Part shown: in pieces, positions 29,281 to 39,524 of the stretch
How positions within the stretch are numbered: position 1 is the stretch's first letter
How the letters are laid out: every line of letters begins with the position of its first letter
NCBI GenBank assembly: GCA_000961765.1
Contig: LADT01000026.1
Location: forward strand, 88,541-152,540
Source of the DNA: Clostridiaceae bacterium BRH_c20a
Lineage (GTDB): Bacteria; Bacillota; Peptococcia; Peptococcales; BICA1-8
Reading direction: 5' to 3'
Length of the DNA stretch: 64,000 bases
Notes under the pieces: model-generated
What the model saw: only the letters and a program-made list of their open reading frames with translations
Databases searched by the model: none
What the model was told of the DNA's origin: nothing
Program-made: the position numbers and the translations under genes

Positions 29281-30081
29281 ATGCTTGGTGCCATAATTGG
29301 TGATATTATCGGTTCAGTATATGAATGGGATAATATAAAAACCAAGGATTTTGAGATCTTTAATAGAAAATCATTTTTTACGGATGATTCAGTGATGACT
29401 TGTGCTGTTGCCCAAGGTTTGATTAATTCTGATCTTAATGTGGAAGAAGACACCAAGGACCAAATTATTAAGCAGATGCTGGAAATAGGCAAAGAGTATC
29501 CAGACTGTGGATATGGGGGTATGTTTATACAGTGGCTCTTTGGTCATGAGCAAGCACCGTATAATAGCTTTGGAAATGGGTCAGCCATGAGAGTATCACC
29601 AGTGGCATGGATGTCCGATGATATGCAAATTGTTTTGAGGCTTGCTAAAAACAGTGCTGAAGTAACCCATAATCATCCCGAAGGGATCAAAGGTGCCCAA
29701 GCAGTTGCTGCTGCAATATTTATGGCTAGGCAGAAAAAAAGTATTGATGAAATTAAAGAGTATATTCAAAAGAATTATTATATATTGGATTTTACCTTAG
29801 ATGATATCAGGGATACATACGAGTTTGATGTAACTTGTGCAGGAACAGTTCCTCAAGCTATTGTGGCATTTATAGAAGCGGGAAGCTTTGAGGATGCAAT
29901 AAGAAATGCTATTTCAATTGGTGGAGATAGTGACACATTAGCGGCAATTACCGGAAGCATTGCTGAGGCTTATTATGGAATCCCTGAGGAATTCCAGGAA
30001 ATGGCACTTGCAAAATTAGATGACCGCTTAAGAAAGATTGTAATAGATTTTGAAAAGCGTTGCTATACCACTTCAGTTTAA
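29281..30081 (+). CDS. ADP-ribosylglycohydrolase-family protein
   Basis: N-terminal GAIIGDIIGS, FTDDS, and C-terminal GGDSDTLAAITGSIAEAYYG motifs. Confidence 0.85.
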   Translation: MLGAIIGDIIGSVYEWDNIKTKDFEIFNRKSFFTDDSVMTCAVAQGLINSDLNVEEDTKDQIIKQMLEIGKEYPDCGYGGMFIQWLFGHEQAPYNSFGNGSAMRVSPVAWMSDDMQIVLRLAKNSAEVTHNHPEGIKGAQAVAAAIFMARQKKSIDEIKEYIQKNYYILDFTLDDIRDTYEFDVTCAGTVPQAIVAFIEAGSFEDAIRNAISIGGDSDTLAAITGSIAEAYYGIPEEFQEMALAKLDDRLRKIVIDFEKRCYTTSV

Positions 30082-30143
30082 ACTGCAATATCTAGAAAAG
30101 CTGGCTAATTAAAATAGAGGAAAACTAGTTCTTTGAAGGTGGA

Positions 30144-30782
30144 ATGCAAAAGATGATTGATGAATATAGGACATTATACCAGCCGGGAAAATCCGAAATA
30201 TCTATTGAAAAGTCACGATTCATTGGCTATTCCGCTCCAATTTCTTCGGAAGAAGAAGCTATCCAATTTATTGATAAAATAAAAGCCAAACATAAAGATG
30301 CTACTCATAATACATCTGCTTATGTTTTTGGTTTGCAAAATGAAATACAGAGATATAATGATGATGGAGAACCATCCGGTACCGCAGGTATACCGATTTT
30401 AGAAGTAATAAAAAAAGAGAATTTAAGGAACATAGTGATCGTTGTTACTAGATTCTTTGGTGGAATCAAGTTAGGAGCCGGTGGTTTAATCAGAGCTTAT
30501 ACTAAGGGTGCTAAGATTGCAGTAGATGCAGGTCAAGTGATAAGTAAACGGCTTCATAATATTATACAAGTAGATATAGATTATACTTTATTGGGAAAAG
30601 TACAAAATGAAATTCTACAAAATAACTATTTAACTAAAGAAATCAAATATGACCAATCGGTACATTTATTCATTTATGTACCTATAAATAAGCAAGGAAT
30701 ATTTAAAAAACAACTTACTGAATGGACCAATGCAAAGTGCGAAATCACAAAAGGCGGCACTGATTATTTAACAGTAAAATAA
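30144..30782 (+). CDS. yigZ: YigZ/IMPACT-family protein
   Basis: KSRFIGY...HNTSAY...DDGEPSGTAG...VTRFFGGIKLG motifs. Confidence 0.8.
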   Translation: MQKMIDEYRTLYQPGKSEISIEKSRFIGYSAPISSEEEAIQFIDKIKAKHKDATHNTSAYVFGLQNEIQRYNDDGEPSGTAGIPILEVIKKENLRNIVIVVTRFFGGIKLGAGGLIRAYTKGAKIAVDAGQVISKRLHNIIQVDIDYTLLGKVQNEILQNNYLTKEIKYDQSVHLFIYVPINKQGIFKKQLTEWTNAKCEITKGGTDYLTVK

Positions 30783-30831
30783 AAGTTTTTTTGAACTAAC
30801 TAATTTTAAAATAATATCTTATGGAGGTTAT

Positions 30832-31410
30832 ATGAGCCACTTCTTTGCGTTTCTTTCTAGAATGAAGTTAATTCAGCGGTGGGGTTTAATGAGGAATACC
30901 CATCCAGAGAATATCCAGGAGCATAGTTTGCAAGTTGCAATGATAGCCCATTCCCTTGCAATAATAAAAAACATGTTTTTTGAAGGAAAACTTAACCCTG
31001 AAAGGGTAATGGCTTTGGGTGTTTATCATGAAGTCTCAGAAGTAATAACCGGTGATTTAGCAACACCGATAAAATATTTTAATCCAGAAATAAAAAAGGC
31101 ATTTGGTGAAATTGAGGAAGTAGCAAAAAAACGTCTCTTCAAAATGTTGCCAGAACAACTAAAAAATGAATACAAGAGATATTTGTTTATTAATAAAGAA
31201 GATGAAGATAACTGGAAAGTTGTGAAGGCTGCGGACAAAATATCAGCCTATTTAAAATGTGTAGAAGAGATACGAGTCGGTAATGAAGAATTTAGAAGTG
31301 CAGAAAAAGCATTAAAAGCAGATATAGATAAATTCGCTCTGCCAGAAGTGGACTATTTTATGAAGGAATTTGTTCCAAGTTTCTCCTTAACTTTAGATGA
31401 ATTAGATTGA
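30832..31410 (+). CDS. yfbR: HD-domain 5'-deoxynucleotidase (YfbR-like)
   Basis: RW...ENIQEHSLQVA...YHEVSEVITGD motifs. Confidence 0.8.
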   Translation: MSHFFAFLSRMKLIQRWGLMRNTHPENIQEHSLQVAMIAHSLAIIKNMFFEGKLNPERVMALGVYHEVSEVITGDLATPIKYFNPEIKKAFGEIEEVAKKRLFKMLPEQLKNEYKRYLFINKEDEDNWKVVKAADKISAYLKCVEEIRVGNEEFRSAEKALKADIDKFALPEVDYFMKEFVPSFSLTLDELD

Positions 31411-31428
31411 TTAGGGATATGGAGTTAT

Positions 31429-31554
31429 ATGGAAGATTTCGTCGTTTATCAGGCTCTTTATGAGGAAAAGGGTATATGGGTGCGTCCCGCCGTTATGTTT
31501 TTGGAACAAGTAAATGTAGCTGGACAGTTAGTTAATAGGTTTGAAGAATGTTGA
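31429..31554 (+). pseudogene. C-terminal half of a DUF1653-like protein (41 codons)
   Basis: MEDFVVYQALYEEKGIWVRPAVMFLEQV...RFEE matches the conserved second half of DUF1653. The N-terminal half is absent. Confidence 0.4.
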
Positions 31555-31582
31555 AATTATCTAATTTAAAAGGAGAATATTT

Positions 31583-32221
31583 ATGAGAGTTGCATTGATA
31601 CATGCTACTACCACAGCAGTACAGCCTATTGAAAAGGCATTTTTAGAGATGGCGCCTGAGGTAGAATTGCTTCATTTCATGGATACTGGATTGTTACCAA
31701 TGATACAAAGTAGTGGTGGCCTAACTCCTGAAATTATTAATAGATTTTCCAGGCTATTAAATTTAGCTGCTGACTCAAATATTAAATGTATTCAGTTGAC
31801 TTGCTCGGCGTTTAATGAAGTGACAGATATTTTACAACCTTTATATAATGTTAAGTTATTTCGCTCTGACGAGGCTATGCTGGATGGAGCTCTTATTTAT
31901 AATAAAATTGGCTTAGTCTCTACTGTGAAAGAGACGCCTATTGCATTAACAAGCTATTTAAAAAGGAAGAAGCCTGATATTGAAGTAGAGGCCTTAGTGA
32001 ATACGGACGCCATTAAACTTTTATTTAAAGGTGAAGTTGATAGGCATGATCAGATGGTAAAAGAGATGATAGGTGGCCTTGAAAATAGGGTCGAAGCTAT
32101 AATTTTGTCCCAATATAGTATGGCACATATAAAAGATATCCAGTGTAAGGTTCCAATACTTACAGGACCAAAGGCTTCAGCACAAAGGTGTTTAGAATAT
32201 ATGTTAAATATGATAAAGTAA
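31583..32221 (+). CDS. Asp/Glu/hydantoin-racemase-like protein
   Basis: 212 aa with a GGAG RBS. The call rests on general resemblance only (two-domain alpha/beta pattern, conserved Cys in LTCSAF). Confidence 0.4.
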   Translation: MRVALIHATTTAVQPIEKAFLEMAPEVELLHFMDTGLLPMIQSSGGLTPEIINRFSRLLNLAADSNIKCIQLTCSAFNEVTDILQPLYNVKLFRSDEAMLDGALIYNKIGLVSTVKETPIALTSYLKRKKPDIEVEALVNTDAIKLLFKGEVDRHDQMVKEMIGGLENRVEAIILSQYSMAHIKDIQCKVPILTGPKASAQRCLEYMLNMIK

Positions 32222-32242
32222 TGGGTTTAGAGGGAGGATTAT

Positions 32243-32704
32243 ATGAGAAGAAAAGAAAAACAGGTTTCAGACATAAACATCTTACACAATGTAATTGATA
32301 ATACCAAAGTGTGTAGAATAGGGCTAGTTAATGACAATCTACCATACGTTATTCCTCTGAGTTTTGGCTTTGATGGTGATTATATTTATTTTCATTCAGC
32401 CACAAGTGGGGAAAAGGTAGAAATACTAAAGAAAAATAACAATGTTTGTATAGAGTTTGAACAAGATATAAGTATAATTGAACATGAAAAACCGTGTAGA
32501 TGGGGTGCCCATTATTTAACAGTTGTTGTCCATGGAACAGCAGATATAATTATTGATCCTGTGGAAAAGAGTTATGGATTGAATCAAATATTTTCCCATT
32601 ATAAAGTCGACGCACAAAAGTATTTGTTTTCTGCTGAAGAATTAAAATCTGTTTTGGTGTATAAAGTAACACCTAAAGAAATTATTGGCAAAGTTCAGGC
32701 ATAA
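32243..32704 (+). CDS. Pyridoxamine-5'-phosphate-oxidase-family FMN-binding protein (NimA-like)
   Basis: 153 aa with the pattern VCRIGL...PYVIPLSF...IYFHSA. Confidence 0.65.
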   Translation: MRRKEKQVSDINILHNVIDNTKVCRIGLVNDNLPYVIPLSFGFDGDYIYFHSATSGEKVEILKKNNNVCIEFEQDISIIEHEKPCRWGAHYLTVVVHGTADIIIDPVEKSYGLNQIFSHYKVDAQKYLFSAEELKSVLVYKVTPKEIIGKVQA

Positions 32705-32794
32705 AAATTTAAGAAAGAGGGTAAAAACAAATTTATCTAGTCTTGTTACCATAATTTCACTCCGAATATCAATATATTTAGGGGGATACCTTTA

Positions 32795-34888
32795 TTATGC
32801 CTTTCTTAGTGGTAAAGACAAATAAAATGTGGTTTTATCTCCAGGTTTACTTGTTACCCAAACCCGACCATTGTGATATTCAACTATTTCTTTGGTAATG
32901 GATAGACCCAATCCGCTACCTTCACTAGAAGTTCTTGATTTAGAACCGGTAAAAAAGCGATTAAATACATGAGGAAGGTCTTCTGTGGCAATTCCTAACC
33001 CGTTATCTGTAAATTTTATTATAATCTCATTGTTATCCATATTATTTAAATAATTTTCCAAGGTAATTGTGCCTCCTTTAGGCGTATGTTTAATGGCATT
33101 ATAGATGATGTTGGCAAAAGCCCTATCAATCAGGTCAATATCCACCTCCACAGAGAGGCAATTGGGAGAGTTGGGACCCTTATTTGCTGAAATGAGTTTA
33201 AAATTTATTCCAGCCATCTGTACATCAAGAAGATATTTCTCATAAACATTCTGCATCAACATTTCTACCGACATTACTTGAACGTCTAAGTTCGTTTTTC
33301 TAGATTCTAGTTGAGTTAAGTCGAAAAGGTCTTGGGTTAAATGGTTCAGACCATTTATTCTTTCTCTAATTCTCTTTAGATATCTTTCTAGTTGTACCGG
33401 ATCCTCAACTAATCCGTCTAAAATAGCGTTAACGTATCCTAAAATGGAGGTCATTGGGCTGCGTAAGTCATGTGATATGTTAGTTAGTAAGTCAGTACGT
33501 GATTTCTCCATCTTTGATAAGTCCTGGTTTGCCTTCTCCAATTTTTTATTAGAGTTTTCCAAGGCAATGGTTCTCACCAAAACTTTTTTTTCCAGACTTT
33601 CATTTAATTGCTGAAGGCTTACAGTCATCTCTTCGATTCTTGAAAAAGCTCTGGTAAACTTCCTAGATAAAATAATAGACTGTGAAAATACAAAGATTAA
33701 GAACCCCCAAGAAGAAACGCTGATTGTAGCAACGCTTTCACTAAAATAAATTAGCGAACTTTCATAAAGAATATCATTTATTATAGTGCTAACAAAAAAA
33801 ACGACAGCTAAACCTATAGCAATTGCTCCTTCTTTCTTTCTTAAGCATGCTAAGACCAAGGTATAAAGTAAATATATTATAATAATAATTATGTAAATTT
33901 GGTAGATAACGTTATATTGACCATAAACTTTGACAGGGTTGAGTAATACTAGAGCACTAAAGATAATGGCAGAAACTATAGCCATCTGAATTACTTTGAT
34001 TGAAATTTCTCTAGATAGAATAGATTTCAAATATAAAATAAACACAGGGGTACCTAAATAAAAAGTTAGGTATTCTACCTTAAGTGCCGTTTCCCAATTC
34101 AAATTAGGGAATAACTGAAAAATAAACATTTTCCCTACAAAAAGGGCTCTGAGGCCGATCATAGTGGAAAAAGTTCCAAAATAAAGATTAGACCTTTCTT
34201 TTCTTCTATAAAAATAGAATATCAAGTGGTAAATTCCTACTACAAAAAGGCTACCAAAAACAAAAAAATCAAAAGCAAAATGCCAATTTTCTATAACTTT
34301 GATTTGATTTTCCGTTCCTAAATTAAAATTTTCAAGTATTCCTCCATGGAGGTGGTGGAAGTTTGATATTTGAATGATCAATTCTAAATTCCCTTGACCA
34401 GAATTAAAAAAGACAAGATTTGGTCGGAATTGAGGAATGGATTTATCAGCCCTTTTACCCACTACACCGTTAGTAGCTAACAACTCATTATTTACCCACA
34501 GCCTATAAGCCGTCGAAATTTTCGGGATCTCAAGACCCAGCGATTCATTTCGCTGGTTAGTGGTTATTAGTAATCTATAGGTTGCAAAGCCGTCTCCTAT
34601 TAGTTTAGAGTCCATAGTATATTTATTCCACGCATCAGGTACCTTAATAAATTCTGGTTTTAGAGAGTTATTGTCAGAAAAGCCTTCTGGGTTAACAAGC
34701 TGTTTCCAATAAAATTCCCAAGTGCCTGCTAGGTTAACTATCCCGTCTTTTTCCAAATCCCATAATGAAAGATCAAGTTTGCCTTGGTTTGCAACCGGCA
34801 TTTTTTTTTGATTTGCTTGCGTACAACCTGTTATTAAAATTAATATGAAAATTATTAGAAAATATTGTAGTGTTTTATTTGCTCTCAT
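32795..34888 (-). CDS. Sensor histidine kinase with 7TMR-DISM extracellular and 7-TM domains; lipoprotein-type signal
   Basis: Lipobox LITGC, an extracellular beta-rich domain, 7 TM helices, HisKA SHDLRSPMTSI, and HATPase DNGLGI/GSGLGLSI. Confidence 0.85.
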   Translation of the reverse strand: MRANKTLQYFLIIFILILITGCTQANQKKMPVANQGKLDLSLWDLEKDGIVNLAGTWEFYWKQLVNPEGFSDNNSLKPEFIKVPDAWNKYTMDSKLIGDGFATYRLLITTNQRNESLGLEIPKISTAYRLWVNNELLATNGVVGKRADKSIPQFRPNLVFFNSGQGNLELIIQISNFHHLHGGILENFNLGTENQIKVIENWHFAFDFFVFGSLFVVGIYHLIFYFYRRKERSNLYFGTFSTMIGLRALFVGKMFIFQLFPNLNWETALKVEYLTFYLGTPVFILYLKSILSREISIKVIQMAIVSAIIFSALVLLNPVKVYGQYNVIYQIYIIIIIIYLLYTLVLACLRKKEGAIAIGLAVVFFVSTIINDILYESSLIYFSESVATISVSSWGFLIFVFSQSIILSRKFTRAFSRIEEMTVSLQQLNESLEKKVLVRTIALENSNKKLEKANQDLSKMEKSRTDLLTNISHDLRSPMTSILGYVNAILDGLVEDPVQLERYLKRIRERINGLNHLTQDLFDLTQLESRKTNLDVQVMSVEMLMQNVYEKYLLDVQMAGINFKLISANKGPNSPNCLSVEVDIDLIDRAFANIIYNAIKHTPKGGTITLENYLNNMDNNEIIIKFTDNGLGIATEDLPHVFNRFFTGSKSRTSSEGSGLGLSITKEIVEYHNGRVWVTSKPGDKTTFYLSLPLRKA

Positions 34889-35293
34889 GATAAATTACCT
34901 TCCAAAAGTATTAATTTTTATTAAACCGTTCTTTCCCTATTACCTTTCTTGGCCTCCGTAACAATTATAAAAATAGCAAAAGGGCTATAGTATCAAATTT
35001 CTACATTATTCTATATTATCCTACACAATTAGAAAATAATTTTGTGGGATATTATTACATAAAGAAAAGGAAAAACGAATTAAATTATTTTTATGAATTT
35101 TGATATTTAGAATAGAGATAAAGAATGAGACAAATTTAGAATATTATGAAATAATATGCAAATATATGTGGAAAAATGTTTAAAACATGGTATATTATAT
35201 TTATATTTTATGTATATTTCATTTTAATAAATGCAAAAAACTTGATAGAATTTGTAAGCTGAATTTATGTCAAAACAAATAAAGGTGGGAAAT

Positions 35294-38200
35294 ATGGAAC
35301 TACCAGAAATTATCAAGTTAGATAAAAGCAAATGCCAACACTGTTTAGCTTGTTTACTTGTATGTCCGGTAAAACTATGTAATGTTGTGGAACCTGATGG
35401 AATCTCGGTAAATCCGGAACTTTGTATTGGCTGTGGCGAATGCATTCGAGCCTGCAGAGAAAAGGGCCATAATGCCCGGTCAGGGATTGATGATTTTCCC
35501 GATTTTTTGCAAGATATTCAATCGGGTGTCCCGATAGGAGTGCTTGTTGCCCCCGCTGCGGCAGTGAATTACAACGGATTGTTTCCAAAGATGATTACTG
35601 CTTTAAGAAATGCGGGAGTTAAGTATGTGTTTGATGTTAGTTTTGGAGCGGAAATTGCTACCTACCAATATTTAAAACTGGTTCAATCCGGAGCTCAAAA
35701 ACCTATAATTGCTCAGCCTTGTCCTGCTGTTGTCAGCTTTATAGAAATTTATCATTCAGATTTAATCCCTTACCTTGCTCCTACACATTCACCTCTTTTG
35801 GCTGCTGCCAAATGGGTTAAAAGTCAATCAATGTACAAGGATCTTAAGCTTGCTTTTCTAGGTCCGTGCTTTGCAAAGCGTAGGGAAGTACACGATCCGA
35901 ATACTGGGGGAATGGTATCATATAATATTACTTATCAATCTTTGGATAAATATTTTCAAGAACGGGGCATTTCATTAGAGTCACTAGAACCATCAGGCTT
36001 TGATTCGCCTGAAGCGGAGCGCGCGGTGGTCTTCTCGCAACCGGGAGGATTAACTGAAACCTTTCGCCGTTTTGGTTTCCCGTTTAAAAAGGTTGACATT
36101 CCTAGGATTGAGGGACCCCATGAGATTTATATAAAATACTTGCCTGAACTTAAAAATAACATAAGAGATGGTAAGGTTCCAATTTTGGTTGACATTCTTA
36201 ATTGTCAATACGGATGCAACATCGGCCCAGCTGTTACCCATAATCATACCCATTTTGAAATTGACATGATTATGGATAAACGCAGAGAAGAACAGGTTAA
36301 AAAGCACAATACATCTGATGAAGCAAATCCAAGTTTGTTTGAAGAATACTTTAAATGGATAGATGATGAAAATATTGAATTTTCCAGAGATTATTCAGAT
36401 AAATCATCAAATAGATATTTGCGTGAACCTTCTGAAGAAGATGAGGAACTAACTTGGCAACGTATGCATAAGCTTACCCGGGAAGAACGGGAGATTAATT
36501 GTGCTTCATGTGGCTATGGCAATTGCCGGAGCATGATGACAGCAATAGTAAATCAACTCAATCATATCGAGAGCTGCAAATATTACCTGTTCAAAGAAAA
36601 TGAAATCAATCTGGAAAAGGTGGAGGCTCAGGCAAAAGAGCTCCAAAAATCCAGAGATGAAATAGCTGATTGGAATAGGGTGCTGGAAAAAACAGTGGCC
36701 CAAAGGACTTTGGCCATAACGAATTTATTAAATAATGCCGGCCAGGGTTTCCTAACTTTTGGGGAAAACATGCGGGTTGACAATGAATACAGCTCTGAGT
36801 GTAGAAGGATATTTGCCCAGGATATCGGTGGCCTTATATTTTCCGAATTAATTTTTCCACAGAGCAAACAAGATATAAACTTTCTTAATTCCCTTATTGA
36901 AGAAATTTTTAAACAAGATGATGATGATGTAGTGGCAGAACTTTACCTGCCGTTATTGCCTGAAAAAATCGATATTGGCAACAAGCAAATTGAGATAAAC
37001 TATAAAATTATTAACAATACCAATTTAGAATCCAAAAAATGCATGGTGATTTTAACAGATGTTACTGACAAGCGGCTATTAGAGAATCAAATGAAGAATG
37101 AAAAAAATGCTTTAAAAATGGTCGTGAAGGTCGTAGTAAGTTATAACGAGTTTATTCAAATATTAAAAGACTACCAGAATTTTTGCGACACACTATTGTA
37201 TGAGATTATTAACAGTGAGAAGTCCTTAGAAAATAAAGTTGTGGAAATTTTTAGGTATATCCATACATTTAAAGGAAACTTCAGCCAGTTTTATATGACT
37301 GGTATTACACAATCACTGCATGACTTCGAGAGTGAAATTTCAACCTTTAGTAATCAGCTTGAACTGGGTTGGGGTAAGGATGAATTAATTCGATTTATAG
37401 AGCGATTCAATATAAACTCCTGGTTGGAGGAAGATGTAAATCGGTTAGAAGAGGTTTTAGGTACTGAATTCTTTTCAAGCGAGGATATGCTAACAATTAG
37501 CAAGGTAAAGCTTATAGAATTGGAGAAAAAAGTAAAGTCTATTCTACCGCCTGCTGAATGTAAAATTTTTGTTGCAGAGCTTAGAAATTTGCGGTATAGA
37601 CCTTTTAATTCACTCCTTGAATCTTATCAAGATTATGTAATGGAGTTAGCCCAGCGGTATCATAAACAAATTTATCCTGTTGAATTTAAGGCAGAAAGAA
37701 TTTTGGTTGACCCAGATCGGTTTAACGATTTTGCTAGAAGCTTAGTACATATTTTTCGTAATGCTGTGGATCATGGTATAGAAACAGCGTACCAAAGGAT
37801 AGAGAGCGGAAAAGAAGAATATGGCAGTATTAAATGTAATATTTGCAGAGTGGACAATAAAGTTATTTTAACTATCATAGATGATGGCAGAGGAATTGAT
37901 TGCAATATACTAAGGAGTAAAATAATTGAAAAAGGCTTTTTAAACCGGGAGGAAACAATTGGTATTTCCGAAGATGAAGTTGTTAATTTCATATTTAAAG
38001 ATTCCTTTTCTACAAAGGATGAGATAACGGACTTATCGGGGCGAGGTGTTGGCCTTGGTGCCGTGAAAAATGAATTGCAAAAGCTTGGGGGATCGGTTGC
38101 AGTAAAAAGTTTTCCTGGTCAGGGTACGGAATTTAGGTTTACTATTCCCATAGAAGGCGAACAATTTTGGGGACTAGCTATCTCGGAATTAATTAACCCG

Positions 38201-38659
38201 CTTATTGACACAACTTGTAATTATCTCAATAACCACATAGGCTTAGAAATAAAATCTACCGAATGTTTTGATGTTAGTAAACCGGAAAAGGTGGTACTTT
38301 ATAAGTTTACTGCGTTTATAACAATAAAAGGTACCATAGAGGGGCTATTTCTTATTAGCATGGAAGAACAAGTTCTGAAAATGGTAGTAAGGAACTTCGT
38401 CCTGGGCAACTTGACAGAAGATGAGGAAGCAGAATATATGGAAGACGTTCTGGCAGAATGTACAAACACAATTTTGGGGAACTCTCTCAAACTATTTCCT
38501 GGTCTTACAGAAATGATTGTTATCGATTCTCCTGTCTCCATTTTTTCTAAAAATGCCTTGGTGAAATATCAGGAATCAATGATTTCAACCTGTAATATTC
38601 AAACCCATGTTGGAAAACTCTGTCTTAGTTTGGTAGTTCCACGAAAAATAGAAGAATAA
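35294..38659 (+). CDS. [FeFe]-hydrogenase-like sensory domain fused to PAS, HPt, a CheA-type HATPase and a CheX/CheC-like domain
   Basis: Two CxxCxxCxxxC ferredoxin motifs. H-cluster-type motifs IAQPCPAV, LGPCFAKRRE and ILNCQYGCNIGP. Cx2Cx4Cx16C at nt 36500..36577. HPt IHTFKGN. N-box HIFRNAVDHGIE, with DDGRGID and GRGVGLG. C-terminal LAECTNTILGNS. AAGGTGGG RBS before the ATG at 35294 (the ORF is open from 35267). Confidence 0.8.
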   Translation: MELPEIIKLDKSKCQHCLACLLVCPVKLCNVVEPDGISVNPELCIGCGECIRACREKGHNARSGIDDFPDFLQDIQSGVPIGVLVAPAAAVNYNGLFPKMITALRNAGVKYVFDVSFGAEIATYQYLKLVQSGAQKPIIAQPCPAVVSFIEIYHSDLIPYLAPTHSPLLAAAKWVKSQSMYKDLKLAFLGPCFAKRREVHDPNTGGMVSYNITYQSLDKYFQERGISLESLEPSGFDSPEAERAVVFSQPGGLTETFRRFGFPFKKVDIPRIEGPHEIYIKYLPELKNNIRDGKVPILVDILNCQYGCNIGPAVTHNHTHFEIDMIMDKRREEQVKKHNTSDEANPSLFEEYFKWIDDENIEFSRDYSDKSSNRYLREPSEEDEELTWQRMHKLTREEREINCASCGYGNCRSMMTAIVNQLNHIESCKYYLFKENEINLEKVEAQAKELQKSRDEIADWNRVLEKTVAQRTLAITNLLNNAGQGFLTFGENMRVDNEYSSECRRIFAQDIGGLIFSELIFPQSKQDINFLNSLIEEIFKQDDDDVVAELYLPLLPEKIDIGNKQIEINYKIINNTNLESKKCMVILTDVTDKRLLENQMKNEKNALKMVVKVVVSYNEFIQILKDYQNFCDTLLYEIINSEKSLENKVVEIFRYIHTFKGNFSQFYMTGITQSLHDFESEISTFSNQLELGWGKDELIRFIERFNINSWLEEDVNRLEEVLGTEFFSSEDMLTISKVKLIELEKKVKSILPPAECKIFVAELRNLRYRPFNSLLESYQDYVMELAQRYHKQIYPVEFKAERILVDPDRFNDFARSLVHIFRNAVDHGIETAYQRIESGKEEYGSIKCNICRVDNKVILTIIDDGRGIDCNILRSKIIEKGFLNREETIGISEDEVVNFIFKDSFSTKDEITDLSGRGVGLGAVKNELQKLGGSVAVKSFPGQGTEFRFTIPIEGEQFWGLAISELINPLIDTTCNYLNNHIGLEIKSTECFDVSKPEKVVLYKFTAFITIKGTIEGLFLISMEEQVLKMVVRNFVLGNLTEDEEAEYMEDVLAECTNTILGNSLKLFPGLTEMIVIDSPVSIFSKNALVKYQESMISTCNIQTHVGKLCLSLVVPRKIEE

Positions 38660-38688
38660 TCACTAGTTAGTATTTTTGGAGGTGTAAA

Positions 38689-39441
38689 ATGGCTCGTATT
38701 TTAGTTGTTGATGATTCGGCCGTAATGAGACTTAACATATTGCACACATTAACTCAAGCAGGTCACGAAATAGTAGCCCAAGCTTCGGACGGAAGACAAG
38801 CCTACAATCTATATAAAACACATTCCCCCGATATTGTTACGATGGATATTACAATGCCAAAAGTCAATGGAATTGAAGCTGTCAATGAGATAATAACAAA
38901 GTTTCCTGAGGCAAAAATAATCATGGTTAGTGCATTGGATCAAAAACATATGGTACTAGAGGCTCTTAAATGTGGAGCTAAGCATTATATTATTAAGCCT
39001 ATTAACCCTGAAAAACTTGTGGCTGTAATTAATAAGGTTTTGGGGATTGAACCCCAAACTACAGATACTATCAAAAGTGAAACGGTAAAGGAAATGGAAC
39101 CTATAAAAGCACAAGTTGAAGAAGAACCCGCAAATCCGTTTATCATTAAAAACATAAATTCAGTATTTAATATTGAAATTACAAAATCGTTTTCAATAGA
39201 TAATGCTGGGTCTCTTCTACAGGCCACCCAGGGTCTTCTTTATGTCCAACCCTTAAATGTGGTGATTGACTTTGGAATAATTGAGGTTTTTTCAATAGAC
39301 TTATTAAATAAAATTGCAGAAATAACTAACCTTATCCTGGGTGCAAACGGTAAAGTAACTTTAACTTCGCAAAACAAGAAATTTATCAATTTTGTTAAAG
39401 AAAAGCATATTAGTGGATTATCCAAATTATTTATTGAGTAA
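38689..39441 (+). CDS. Response regulator: CheY-like receiver plus a STAS-like C-terminal domain
   Basis: ILVVDDS...VTMDITMPKVNG...VSAL...KP receiver motifs. The C-terminal ~100 aa resemble an anti-sigma-antagonist/STAS fold (tentative). Confidence 0.8.
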   Translation: MARILVVDDSAVMRLNILHTLTQAGHEIVAQASDGRQAYNLYKTHSPDIVTMDITMPKVNGIEAVNEIITKFPEAKIIMVSALDQKHMVLEALKCGAKHYIIKPINPEKLVAVINKVLGIEPQTTDTIKSETVKEMEPIKAQVEEEPANPFIIKNINSVFNIEITKSFSIDNAGSLLQATQGLLYVQPLNVVIDFGIIEVFSIDLLNKIAEITNLILGANGKVTLTSQNKKFINFVKEKHISGLSKLFIE

Positions 39442-39524
39442 TTTCATGTATCCTTACCGTTAATTTAGTATGTTTTAGCAGTATTATTTACTATCTCCAT
39501 TGGAGGTAGTTTTTCTTTGGGGGG

